A DNA stretch of 64,000 bases. It comes from Monocercomonoides exilis PA203 (taxonomy: Eukaryota; Protista; Preaxostyla). Below, piece by piece: positions 12,900-25,720 of this stretch. Below the pieces are notes generated by a model. That model was not told the DNA's origin and searched no databases. It saw only the letters and a program-made list of their open reading frames with translations. A program made the position numbers and the translations under genes. Every line of letters begins with the position of its first letter. The first letter of the stretch is position 1. Location: contig LSRY02000003.1 of NCBI GenBank assembly GCA_001643675.2, forward strand, positions 2,356,001 to 2,420,000, written 5' to 3'.

Positions 12900-14550
12900 T
12901 TGTTTCATTCATCGACGTTGAGTAAAAGGCTATTAACATTTTCCAAAAAAAACATTCTCCAAAAGCAATATCTTTTCGAGCAATGCTCAAAAAGAATTAA
13001 TTTTTATCAGATTCACTCAATTTTCGCTCATTCCATATACCGAAGAAGGAAGAAGATGAAGACGATGCAGAATAAGATAATCAAATAAGGATGTTAGCAA
13101 TAAAATATGATGAAGAAGATGAGCAGATATTGTGAATAAAATTCCTCTCTCTGTCGGAGTGGCTTGTGGTGAAGTTGAGCCAAATGAGAAGAAGTCTGCA
13201 GCATTTCCAGCAGAATATTCTGCAAAACGAGAATCACCAAAATTAACAGCGCTATCAGTAAAAACATTTTGTGTGTTGAATGAAACAGTCATTGGCCATT
13301 GAAACATTTCTGTTGCGACTGGAGCGTTATCAGATGAAATGATGCTGATGCATGTAAAATCTTCGACTGATGAATTTTCACAACGTTTTCCTGTCAATTC
13401 AGCTGAACATGCACTTTTTTTTCGCTTTTTTCATCCCTTCGACTTCTCACCCGCTTTGGTGCTCCTTAGCATCAGCTGAAATTGTTGTGTTTCCTTTCTT
13501 TCTCCCTTCAACAACAATGCCGACTCTATCTTATTCTCCTTAAAATATCTCCATTTGCACCATTGCCGTGGACAATGACAGATGATATTCTCCAATCTGT
13601 TGCTTCACCTGGTAAAATCGATGCTGCATCCCATTCGGATGAAGGCAGAGTGCACCAGCCATCCAACAAAGAGCGTCTCATTCCTTCTTCTCTTTTGTTC
13701 CCTTTCAGTTATCCTTCTCCAACTGCAAGTCTTCTTTCTTTCTTTCTTTCCAAAATATTAATAAAAAAGAAGTGATGTTTCCTTTTGGACTTTATCCATG
13801 TTCAAAAAAAAGACTCTTCTGCTACGTCTGCCTGATAGAGACCAAACAATGACTTGTCCTTGCTGAAATTGAAGCTGCCCTTCGTCCAACGAACAAACCA
13901 AATGGCTTCTTTCCCTCCAACAGCCTTCCTTCTCATCATCATCATCATCTTCTTCTTCCTCGATGTCGAGCATCTCATCAATCGCATGGCTCACAAAACT
14001 CAATGAGTGCTGATTTTTTTTCCCTGTTATTCATCAGCGCCATCTTCAAAACTCTCAATGGCTCCAATTTCTCTTTCGCCCTCTGCTCACACATCTTCAT
14101 TCAGCAGCTCAACAGAATTCACCTCAAACACATCGTTATTCATGGCTCGCACAAAATGAGTGCCCCAATTCCTTCCAAAACGCGCAAATTTCCAGTCATA
14201 GTCGAGGAAGAAAAAGGCTGTTCCTCTTTTAACAATGTCTAATACCAACAAAGAAGACACACAAACTTCGCTTCCATTTGCCTCGATCGGCACAACAGCC
14301 AGCTGCTGTCCTTCTGCTCTGTCTTCAACCATTTGCATTCTCTGCTCTTTTGATGATGATGCTCCCTTTTTGGCATCCAAATGTTCCTCGCAAATTCTTC
14401 GCAGCTCCGTCAATGCCTTCCAAAAACGAGTACAAAACGAGCACAATGCAAACAATGCAAACGATGCATGTGGCTGTTGGCGACGAAGAGACAACAAAAG
14501 AGCAATTACACGATTCGCATTGCCTCTAATATCGGTGAGACAACAGAAAA
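12900..14550 (-). pseudogene. Fragmented gene remnant, unknown function
   Basis: Adjacent minus-strand ORFs 14087-14497, 13758-14003 and 13017-13397 with coding-like composition, interrupted by stops. Confidence 0.4.
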
Positions 14551-14929
14551 AAATAGAAGACGGTGGAGATTGAAGAAGAAGGATTCAACAGAAAGTATAA
14601 CGAAGAAAAGGAGAACTTGTAAAGAAAAAAAAGGATAAGGAGGAGGGAAAAAATGATAATTATTAAGAGAAAGATAATGAAGAAAAAGATATTATAAAGA
14701 AGAAGAAGAAGTTGAAGAAAAAGATGAAGATAAAGAAGAAGAATTTGAAGAAAAAGAAGGAGATGTCATTTAAGCAGAAAAGGAAAAAGAAGGTGAAGAA
14801 GAAGAAGAAGAAGAAGAAGAAGAAGAAGAAGAAGGAGAAGGAGAAGGAGAAGAAGTTAATGAAGAAGGAGAGGAAGAGGAAGAAGGAGAAATAGGAGAAG
14901 AAGGAGAAAAAGGAGAAGAAGGAGAAGCT

Positions 14930-17835
14930 GTGCGAAATGTTGACGATGTGTTTGAAGAAGAGGAAGAAGAAGATGATGGTAATGATGATGATGAAAGAAT
15001 CGAATAAGACGATTGATTGTTGAAAACTGTGAAGTTGAGTGTCAATTAATACCAACGGAGAAATTCATTGAAATTCTCGTCTTCTATCCCTTTTTCTTCT
15101 GCAGAGGAGAAACCTTTGAATACTTTTTCACTTTCAGCTCAATCTCTTTCTCTCTTTCCATCTAAAAATAGGAAATATTGAGCAATTCCTTTTTCATTCC
15201 ATCTTTTCTTCTTTCACAAAAAATCATCTTTCCTCAAAAATAATTCTTCGCCAAAGCACAATGCAAGCCATCTTCGAAATATCTCGCATTTCATCTGTCC
15301 GTCTTTATTCTTCCTTCCCCACTTTTCTCTTTCTTCTTCAAAGCGATCTAATCCCTCATCCTTTCAGCATTCTTAAAAATAATAATAATAATTACTTCAA
15401 ATAAATAACAATATCAAACCTTCAGAACCAACGCTCAAGTCAATAACTATATTTTATTCTGTTGGCACCTGTTTCCCTCCAATAAAAATTCATAATTCCT
15501 TCCTTTTTCAAGTGTTTCATCATCTGATTCGCAAATAATCCTTTCCATCAGTTGTTTCTCCATCAAATGCATCGATTTCTTGCTCTTCTAAAAAATGTGA
15601 AATTCATGTATTCTGCTCAAATTCCATTTTCATCATTGAAAAATACCCTTGTTTTTCATCTGAAAATATCATCTCCAATTCCCTTCCCAATCCCTTCATC
15701 CTGGGCACTTTCCATATGAATTCGCTCACCCAACTCCATAGTCACCCTGCACAACGAGATATAAACATTTCATTCATTTTCATTCATTTCCGCTTCCTGC
15801 CCTGAAAACAACACAAAAAACATCAACAGATAAATATTCATATAAAGAAAATAAATAAAGACCAAACTGCGCTTCGACTGTATTTTGCCAGAATGCATAT
15901 CTCCACAGTTATCATCATTCAAAAAATAAATCAATCTCTTCATTTCAGCCTCAGAATGGTCAAAATGCAACAAAGAATGCATCTCCACAAAATACATTGT
16001 GTATCTCACTGGAGGGTCTTTTCAGCCCGTACACATTGTGTTGCCTGTCAGGATGTGTTTTTTTTGTTTTTCTCATGATCATCTCCTTTAATAATATTCT
16101 TAACCACCAAAAGAAATATATCTCGTTTATTTCATCAACACTATGCATAGGAGGGATATGGGGCGGAGAAGAGATGGAAGTTTAATTTTTGTGGCAGGGG
16201 ATGGGAGTTGAGTATATTTTTGAATGTTAATATTTCGAGAGGGGCTTTTGAATGGAAGAAATTCTGAGACAAAGGGGTGGGGAAGAGTGGGTGGAGATTT
16301 GGAGGGGAAAATGTAGAAAATATGTAGAGAAGTGGTTGGAGATGATAAAGAAGGTGTTTAATGTTGATGGGAGAAATGGATTTTGAAAAAAAGGAAAAGA
16401 GGGCAAAAGCGGGAAAGAAGAGGAAAATTGCGAAATGTTCATATGAAAAGGGGTATTTTTTTGAGAGGAGTAGATATTTTGGAAGAGACTGCGAAAGATG
16501 AAGAAAAGGAGGGGATTGATATTTTCTGAGAATATTGTGAGATGAATGGAAGAGGGGAATGGAAAGGAAAGGAAATTAAGAAATATTTTCATTTTTGGTT
16601 TCTCAGTGAAGCGCTAAACAATTTCAAAAAGGCAGAAACGAACTGAGGATGTCATCTTTCATCAATTAATTTTCTTCGGCCTTCAACAAATATTTCGATA
16701 ACGATTGTTTGCTCTTTGTCAAATCAACTTATTGAATTCGATATTTGGTCCAATCAACGACTTCACCCAAATTAATCTCAACGTCTTCTTTAGGAATGTC
16801 AATTGACTGATTGCGCATTTCCCTATTACCACATATATTCACATTTTTTCGGCTTGAACTTCATCTTCGTGGTCATCGTGGGATCATCATCTTCTTCTTC
16901 AGATAATCCTCCTTCATTCAATCAACCATCTTCCTCATTTCTTGATTTACAAACACAAAATTCGCCTTCTCACAATTCACTTGCTTATTCAGCGACAAGC
17001 ACGCCTGCTATGAATCGCATAGCCAAAAACACCAAAATCTTATTCATTCAAATTTTGCTTCTTCTGCTGCTTCTATTTCATATTCTTCTTCAACTTCAAC
17101 TTCATTCTTCCTCATTCATGCACACATTCACACAGCATCAATCTATATTTCAACAATTGTGACCCTCCTTTTCTTCTTCAAGGCCTTCTTCGATGAACGA
17201 ATTAAAAATATTACTATTTCCATTTCATTCAACTCCCGTTAAATCCAGGGCCAGGCCTTGTCTTTCATTTCTACTCAGAAAGACGAAAGAAATATTTATA
17301 AAAATAATGAATATCAGCAGAAATTATGAGACAACGAAATGGAAGTTACTTTTAGCAGAGAATAGACTATCATCGGGCATGCAACAGACAATAGAGATTA
17401 CCTCTGCTTTTCATTTGGAAGTTGAAAGAATTCACCGAAAACAGAAAGAACATAGCAAAAATGATATTTGGAATGAACGAGTTCCAAAATTAACCTTCGA
17501 TTGATTTTGCAAGGCCACATGCCTTCAAAAAGTCGCAGAAGATGAAACGATGAGGGAAACATATTTATTTGAAAAGGCATATTTAACAGAAAATTCTATG
17601 AAAGAAGAGAATAAATGCCCGACAAGCAATGTTGATTTCATCAAATGCACATGTGAGATGTTTTCTTCTGTTTTGTGTGCCATCTCCCCAACTTTCTTCG
17701 ACCTTGTCGTCACTTGCACATATTTTCACCGACAAGTCAGCTGATGAAATGATTTCTGCCTTATGATCTGCACCTTCTTCAGAAGACGCGTCGCTTTGCG
17801 TGTGCTTTTGAAGGGCATCTTTGATAGCCAGCAAT
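14930..17835. repeat. 3' flank block of long cassettes; direct copy ~55690-58490, inverted copy ~32935-35900
   Basis: Homologous short ORFs in the track (15960-16148 vs 56723-56911; 16803 vs 57567; 15770-16009 vs 34795-35025; 17525-17719 vs 33121-33315). Confidence 0.9.
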
Positions 17836-19990
17836 TCATTGCTTTGACACCAAACATGTTTTCCACGTATTCATTGTCAGCTGTATTCTCTTCGAGAAAT
17901 ATAAACAAATCGAAATTCCAAATGCTTCTGTTCTGTCATGTCCAGCAACCGAGTTGTCTTTCTGAGCGATGCTTGTCATGAAAGTGAACAAGGGTTCCTT
18001 CACAGAAGCGACAAATGATTTACACACAAAATACACATCTCTTCCGACACAGGCCTTGTTGGCTGAAAACACGATATTGGTGATGGAAAAGGTTGTGGAT
18101 GACACTTGTGAGCCTTCATTGAACTCGATCATGAGAGCACCGCCTCTTCCTCCAGAACTTGTATCCTCGCTCACAGAGCAGCTGGAGAAGGTGGTGTCAC
18201 TCACCGAAAATGTGTTGGCAGGAGCAGATGAGGCGAATGAGATGCACCCGCCATTGGTGGCAGTCTGTTGGTTTTGCGGAGCTGAGTTGATGTTGGTGAT
18301 GGTGCAGTTGGCGAGGGAGAGGGAGAGGGCAGGGGAGGTGGCAGAGGAGAGAACACAGCTGGTGGGGGTGGCAGTGGAGGTGATGTCGGTGATGTTGGAG
18401 GAGTTGAGAGCGAGGGGAGCTGTGAGGGAGGTGAGGTGGAAGATGCTTTGGCTGTTGAGGGGGAGACTGGTGATTGCTGTGTGGTTGAGGGCGAGGGAGC
18501 CAGCAGTGAGGAAGAAGAGGGGGGTTGTGATTGTTATGGAGGTTGTTCCGGTGATGGTGGTTGTGTTGAGGTTGAGGGACGGGGAGTTACCGGAGAGGTG
18601 GAAGAGGATGGGGGTGATTTGGTTTGAGGAGTTGTGGGCGATGGCGAGGGCAGAGACTGTGAGGGAGCCCTGGGTCTGTTGGAAGAGAGCAGAAGTGGTA
18701 GATGGATCTGGTGAAGAAGATGCAGATGAAAATGATGAAAATGATGACGTTGATTGTGATGACTGTGAATATGAGATTGGTGGTTGGGGAATGCCACTGG
18801 AGGCGATGGTGGTGGCAGTTGTGCCATTTCCAGTGATTTTAGTGTCAACCGCGCTGAAGGTTAGTGTTTGAGTTGGAGCAAATATTGAGGTGAGGAGGGT
18901 GAGAGAGGCGTCTTGGGGATCTGTCATGCGAACAAGAGCGAATTCGATTGTTTTGCATGGACTGAGTTGTGTGATTCCGCAGAGATCGGTGTTTGTCCCA
19001 TTATTTGACACGATTTTGAATGTTGTGACGAGAGGGAGCCATCTGTTGAACTCAACATTGTCAGCTGTTCCTGCATTCCACACTCTTTTTGCTTGGGTTG
19101 TTGAACCGCATTGCTGGAATGGAGATTGGGTGATGCTGCTGCCATTGAAGAACACATCGTTTCCTCTGCCATTTTTGGCAGTGTTGCCATCGAAAAAACA
19201 AAAAGTTATGAATCTTAATTCATTCATCCAAGTGAAGGTTGCATCCAAATAGATGGCAGCTCCGCCGCGTGTAGATGAAGTTGACGTCAATTCATTATTT
19301 ACAAATTGGCAGTCATTGATCGAAAACTGACTTGGTTTTATCTGAGGAGGCCAGTTAAATGTTACAGCACCTGCAGCATCACCACCAGAATTTGCGATGC
19401 ACTTGCATTTGGAAAACACGAAATGAAAATTTGTATAATCATTTCCAAGAGCAAAATACCAACCAGTTCCAATGCTGCTTGTTATTGAACAACTTTCCAC
19501 ACTGTTCTCTGAGAATGAATAAACAGAATTGGATTGTGGATATGCTATGCAAGCAGCTCCTCCATAAGCAGCCGAACATCTTGTGAAATTGGATTTTATG
19601 AGATCTATTTTTAACAAACTGTGACAATTCAACGCTCCACCATGATCATTGGTTGAACAATTGAAAAATGAACAGGAAGTGATTGTGAGATTGGCATTAA
19701 TACAAGTAACACAAAGTGCACCTCCTGGCGATGACCCACCATTTGAACCATTCCATTCGCACCATTCAAATTTATGGCTGTTCTCATCAAACGAAGTCAA
19801 TCTACCTGGTCTCTTTCTGTCGGTTTCAGTTCCCACATGCACCTCTGCAGCATTTGATAAAGAACGTGTTTGATGGAGGAAAGAGGTGTTGAAGGCAGAG
19901 AGGGATGTGGATGGGCTGTTGAGGTTTGGGAGGATAGCACCATCGATGGGGTTGTGGGTGTGGAGGAAGATGGTTGAGTGGACATAGAAA
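17836..19990 (-). pseudogene. Cassette C (long form): variable domain plus Ser/Thr-rich constant beta-helix region
   Basis: 668-codon ORF, extended upstream without ATG. A short deletion near 17915 shifts the frame after 'RTEAFG'. Confidence 0.75.
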
Positions 19991-20261
19991 GATAAGGTGG
20001 AGGATCTTATTTGTCAGAAGAGCACGCAAAAATAAAAGAGGAAAAAAAAAAACAGAAATTTCATCGAAAATCTCTGTTTTTATTTGTTATCATTCTCCTC
20101 AGCAAATCTCGACCTTCAATCAACGTATTTGATTCGTTCGTCGTCGTCGTCGTCTTCTTTTTCTTCTTCTTCTTCTTCTTCTTCAACTCCTTCAACTCCA
20201 ATAGCAACTTCGTCTTCACCTTCTTCTGCACCTTCTTCATCTTCTTCATCTTCTCCTATCA

Positions 20262-20265
20262 CAAC

Positions 20266-20324
<59 letters not shown>

Positions 20325-20495
20325 TATCATTATCATCATCATCTTCTTCTTCTTCTTCTTTTTCTTCTTCTTCTTCTTCTTCTTCTTCTTCTTCTTCTTC
20401 TTCTTCTTCTTCTTCTTCTTCTTCTTCTTCTTCTTCTTCTTCTTCTTCTTCTTCTTCTTCTTCTTCTTCTTCTTCTTCTTCTTCTTCTTCTTCTA
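20262..20495. repeat. (TCA)n/(TCT)n microsatellite; mirror (GAA)n/(GAT)n at ~30438-30600 is shorter
   Basis: Seen directly. The arm coordinate offset changes by ~108 bp across it. Confidence 0.95.
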
Positions 20496-21540
20496 TTTCT
20501 TCGTCTCCTTCTTCTTCTTTTCCTTCCTCTTCACCTTCCTCTTCACATTCTTTTTCACCATCTTCTTCCTCTCAATATTTTCTGCTTCAAATTTGTTGAT
20601 CCTATCACTTCCTGCTGGGTCAGAGCATCAACCTTCTGATTCATTCATGCAATTCAATTAGGCAGAGCCTCCATGTGATCCAAAAAACGTTTCATTCACA
20701 ATTCTTCCTCTCAGCATCCATTCACCGAATACACCTTCATTTCATGTTTCATTCATTATTCTGATGAGAAAAAAGCCGTCTTTTCATTCAAATGTTCTTC
20801 AACGCCTTCTTTGATGAATGTCAAAAATAATGTTGAGTTTTTTCATTTCATTCAATTCTCCTCGAATTCTGCGTCAAATATTTTCTTTCCTTTTTATTTA
20901 AAAGCATAAAAAGTTATATTCATTCTATCATTGAATGACAGCAGAAATTATATTACGACGGAAGCGATTCTGCACAAAGCAAAGAAAAGTTTGCACGTTA
21001 TCAACAACTGAATCAATTCTGGCCTTTTCGTTTTTTGATTGAAAGAATTCACAGAAAACAGAAGGAGCAGGGTAGAAGACGTATTTTGGAACAAATTATA
21101 ATATGGTTTATCTTCCAGAGATTTCACAACATCAAAACCACAGCGAATTTTTGCAAATGAAACGATGAAGAAAAGCAATTTTGAGGAAAAGGCTTAAGTG
21201 AAGAGAAATTATATGAGCTTCTAGCGCTAATTGGATACAAGCATGTTGGAATAAGAATTATAAGAGAAACAGATATTTTTGAAAAATCATCAGATACTAT
21301 TGAAGAAATCCTTTTTGAAGAGAAGAAATAGATGATTCTTTAAAGCAGAGAGTTTTATTTTCATTTGATGAAGAAGCGAAATCAAATTTAAAATGACAAA
21401 GAAATACTTTTATCTGAGATGATATTTAGGATTTTGAAAAAAATTAAACTACTGGTGAAAAGAAGATGACAGCTTAAGAAATTTTCAATGATATGGAAAA
21501 TGGAAGAAATTCTGATGAGAACATGAAAAAATACATCTTT

Positions 21541-22685
21541 TCAAGTGATTCTTGTATTTGGGGCACGAAATGTGAGAGTGTTTGTGGGAGTGAAAGTGGA
21601 GACGAGAAGAGAGAGAGAGGCATCGCTGAAGGGAGCAACGCATCCGAGAGCATACTCCACCGTGGCACATGGGCTTTGCTGTGTTTTGCCACAGGCATCA
21701 GCATCAGTTCCACCATTTGAGACTATTTTGTTCTGGTTGATGATCGGAAGCCAGCCATTATACACTGCATTGTCAGCTGTATTGTTATTCCACACTCTTT
21801 TTGTTGGGGTTGTTGAGCCACAATTCTCGAATGGGGATTGAGTGATGTTGCTTCCGTAAAAGAACACATCATTCCCCCTGCCATTCGTCGCAGTGTTGCC
21901 ATCGAAGAAACAGAATGCGATGAATTTTACTCCACTCATCCAAGTGAAGGTGTTTGTGCAACACAGTCCAGCTCCTCCATATGTGGAAGAAGCAGTCAGA
22001 TTGTTATTTATAAACTGGCAGTCGTTAACCAAAAATTGGCTTGGTTTATTTTGTGGAGGCCAATGAAACGTGAGAGAGCCGGTTGAGTCGTTGCCAGAAT
22101 TTGCGATGCACTTGCATTTAGAAAACAAAAATTGGCAAGTTGAAGTCATATTTTCGAGCCAGAAATACCAGCCAGTTCCGCACCAATCAGTTATTGAACA
22201 ACTTTCCACTTTGTTTTCCGAAATATGATAGATGGAATAAGATTGTGGATGATAAGTGTGCACTGCTCCTCCATGTCTGGCCGAGCAGCCTGTGAAATTG
22301 GATTTTGCAATGTTGATATTTAACAAATTTCCACAACATAACGCACCACCTTGACCATCTCCAGTGCAGTAACATTCGTTGAATGAGCAAGAAGTGATTT
22401 TGAGATTTGCATTCAAGCAATTAACATAAAGCGCACCACCATGACTACTTCCGCTATTTGAATTTTCCCATTCGCACCATTCGAAGCGATGGTTATTCAC
22501 ATCAAACGAAGTCAATCTTCCAGGTTTCGCTCTTTGAGATTCAGTTCCAATATGAACCACAGCAGCATTTGATGAAGAACGTGTTTGGTGAAAAAAGAGG
22601 TGTTGAAGGCAGAGAGAGGTGGATGGACTGTTGAGGGAAGGGAAGAAAGAGAGTTGAGCGGATGGAGAGGGAAGGGTGAGGAGAG
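21541..22685 (-). pseudogene. Cassette D: variable GGA beta-helix domain
   Basis: 339-aa ORF from GTG. Tail type 'DADACGKTQQSPCATVE'. Ends 'APNTRIT*'. Confidence 0.75.
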
Positions 22686-23414
22686 ATTAAATATTTCTAA
22701 AGATAAATATCGAAAATATACTAAGAAATATGAAAATTGCTCAAGATGAATATATTCAACAACAATAATTTGTATTTAATGTTAAAGTTACAAATTATTT
22801 TTTCACAAACAATATTCAAAGAAATATCATTGATGGAAAATATTCATTTTTTAAAATTTCACTTTTTGTCAAATCAGTTTAGAATTATCATCCTTTCTAT
22901 TCCAACAAAGAAATAAAAAATTTTTAATTTTAACCGCATTTATTGTCAAGCTATCGTCTGTTTTGTTTTCCGAAAGATCATTTTTTAAAATGGAAAAAAA
23001 CCTATAATATTGGTGAATGTCCTTCTTTTGTTATGTTCTTCAAATTCCTTAATTATCATTATTTTTTAAAAACCAGAAAATTAATAATTGATTGTTTTAA
23101 ACATTTATTAATTTCTTATTTTGAAACGAATTAAAAACAAAGTTCTGTATTTGCTTGAAGTTAAATATAATCAATTTTTTTTTTCAAATTATCCAATTTC
23201 TCTATTTCTCTTAAGTTTTTCGAATGAAATGAAATTGAAAAAAAAAAGCATTCTGAAAGAATGGCGAAAACTCTTCAATATTCAAATTGATAATGAATTC
23301 ATTCATCAGAAAATCAATGATAGCAACTCAAAAGATGAAGAATAGTGAAACAAAATTGAATCAAAAACAGTCTAGTGAAATGTTTGGTTCACCAAATGTT
23401 ATTCATTCTTGGAA

Positions 23415-23672
23415 TGGGTGATGATTTTTGATTTCATGTTTCTTTTGTGCCAATTTTCGAATTGAACAATTATCTGAATAGTTTCAATTTCGTTAAAAAA
23501 TGAATTGTCGATGAAACAAACATTCTTCGTTGTTTTTCTTTAATGGAAGATGAATGAAATAAGAATAATTTCAAAGTTTGAGACATTCCGATGAAAATTC
23601 ATCAATCAACAACTTGAAACTTTGAAATAATGAACAACACAAAAGATTTTTGATTTCAAAAATAATAACCCA
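23415..23672. mobile_element. MITE family 1 copy (mirror at 27258-27515)
   Basis: TIRs 'tgggtgatgatttttgatttca' and 'tgatttcaaaaataataaccca'; 258 bp. Confidence 0.6.
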
Positions 23673-24094
23673 GAAATTTCAAAATATAAACAGAACAAAA
23701 CGTTTTTTTGGAATTCATTACAACAAATGATTTTCTGACTCATTGAAAGAAACAATGGAAAAATATTCAATGATATTTTGGATTTCCAATTTCTTTGTTG
23801 AGAAGATCCAGTTGCACAGTTTTGATTTAAGTTCGTTCAAAAAAATATCCACAACATCATTTTTTCCAACTAATTCTTGGAACAAAATTGATTCAGTGAT
23901 TGCATGTTATTCCATTGCGTGATGTTATCTGTATCTTTCATAATTTTATTTCTCTTGGAACAAACATTGTGTGTTTTTTTCATCTTTTTTTCAGTGAATT
24001 GAATAACAAAATTTGATATTCTTTATCGAATCAAACATGTTGTATGTGAGAGTTTTCTTTGAACAATCGATTTTCTGATCAAAACTTTCAAAAT

Positions 24095-24372
24095 ACATGG
24101 GGGAAAATATGGACTTTCAAGCTTTTTATGCACAGAGTTTGAAAAAATTGTTTCTCTTATAACATTTTTTAACTTAACCAGATTTCAAAATAAATCTGAT
24201 TTTCATATCTGAAAACAAACATCATCGAAAAAATTACAAAATGTTTTGTGACCTCACATGTATTTCAAAAAATAAACCCATTTTCTTCAAATCATTTGAT
24301 CACAAAAAGATCATCCAAGATGCATAATTTTTTAATGAAAATGCCTGAAGTCAAATATTTTGTCCCACATGT
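24095..24372. mobile_element. MITE family 2 (~275 bp; mirror ~26563-26839; diverged copy ~42498-42774)
   Basis: Imperfect TIRs 'acatgggggaaaatatggactttca' and 'tgaagtcaaatattttgtcccacatgt'. Internal homology to 42500-42775 ('ggactttcaagcttttt', 'atgaaaatgcctgaagt'). Confidence 0.55.
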
Positions 24373-24586
24373 GTTTCAAAAATGTGGGGAAAAAAGTCAA
24401 AACGTTATTTCTTTTCAATCAGATTTGTTCTGACAATTGAAAATCGAGCACTTATTCTATTTATAAATTTATTCATCTTTCCATTTTTTTCTTTGTGAAA
24501 CACCATCGAATGAAATCACAATCGGACATCGTCACAAAAATTACACACAACTCAATGCAATTGTGAACAGTTATGATTCAATTATA

Positions 24587-25126
24587 CCTCTGTGACCTGA
24601 CAAAATAACTTGAAGCCTCGTCTGTCACAAAAAAATAAAAAATGAAAAAAAAAATGAAAAAAAATGAAAAAAAAATGAAAAAAAATGAAAAAAAATGAAA
24701 AAAAAATGAAAAAAAAATGAAAAAAAAATAAAAAAATTTTTTGAATTAATATAAAATATTCAATTGCTAAAACTTCTAAAGACTTTTCAAAGCACTATTG
24801 AAAAGATTTGTTGATAGCATCTGTAATATCTTGTTGTTTTTTCTCTTTTGTCAGTGACCGTCAGTGACAGTCAATGACAAATTATGACAAAAATATTCCT
24901 CAACTGACATTTCGTGTCAAATAAAATAAATACTGGGAACTTGATCATTTTTTTTTAATTTTTATTTTTTCAAAATAATAAGAATTATTTCATGAAGATT
25001 TTCAAATTTATTATTATTGTAATTAAGAATTATGAAATCGTTATAAATAACCCTTTTTGACAAGTACTAAATATCTTGTCAGTCATTTTGTCATTTTTTC
25101 AATTTTCTCTTGTCATGTTACAGAGG
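24587..25126. mobile_element. MITE family 3 (~540 bp, TA-flanked; mirror 25821-26348)
   Basis: ta|cctctgtgacctgacaa ... ttgtcatgttacagagg|ta. Many internal TGACA motifs and an (A7TG)n tract. Confidence 0.6.
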
Positions 25127-25226
25127 TATGCTTTAAATGAATTCTATTATTAAAAAAGATCATCCATGTAATTTGCAGTGCTTGTTGAATTTGGATAAAG
25201 ATTCAACAATGACAAAAAAAAAAAAA

Positions 25227-25269
25227 GAAAAAAAAAGAAAGAAAGAAAAAAGAAAGAAATTTGAAAAAT

Positions 25270-25308
<39 letters not shown>

Positions 25309-25720
25309 CAAAATAGAAAAGAAAAGAAAAGAAAAGTGAAAGAAAAACGGAACGAAATGGAATAAAATAAAATTATATATAATAAATGATATAAAAATAA
25401 AGTTTTTAATCAAAATATGTGAAGTCACTATGTAAATCTTTATTTTAATTTATTTCATTTCATGAAAAAATGTATAAGCAAAGAATCAATTTGACAGAAT
25501 TAATCATCAGGTGAAAACGTTCTTTTCTTTGCAGTTGTTGCATGAGTTGGTTCCAAAGATATTTTCAAAGGCAATATTCACTTCAAATAATGGAAATGAT
25601 AACAACTGTCTTTTTTCCGTTATCTTTCATTTTTACCCCAGGAATTTTTGACAGCACAAATTTGATTGAATGAATAATCATCAGTATGAAAGTTTATTTT
25701 TATTTTTATTTAATTTTATT
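25227..25720. other. Unique ~494 bp spacer of the giant palindrome, containing (GATA)n at ~25279-25308
   Basis: Arm symmetry stops at the poly-A run (25226) and resumes at the poly-T run (25721). Confidence 0.9.

Larger units (their letters stand above)
18755..25226. repeat. Left arm of giant palindrome (near-identical part)
   Basis: Reverse complement of ~25721-32070. Identical ORF translations on both arms (339 aa, 76 aa, 74 aa, 63 aa). Confidence 0.95.

Noticed and set aside
17969-18871. Long antisense ORFs over cassettes (also 58738-59394, 47220-47912, 7657-8538)
   Set aside because: Shadow frames of stop-poor, compositionally skewed coding sequence.
17836-19842. TAA/TAG=Gln genetic code as in some oxymonads
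   Set aside because: ORFs of 630-670 codons with many Gln use only CAA/CAG and contain no internal TAR in an AT-rich genome.
20011-20661. Poly-F/S/K/I ORFs (also 14663-15055, 30271-30813, 37285-37690, 44390-45175)
   Set aside because: These are translation artefacts of triplet and hexamer microsatellites.
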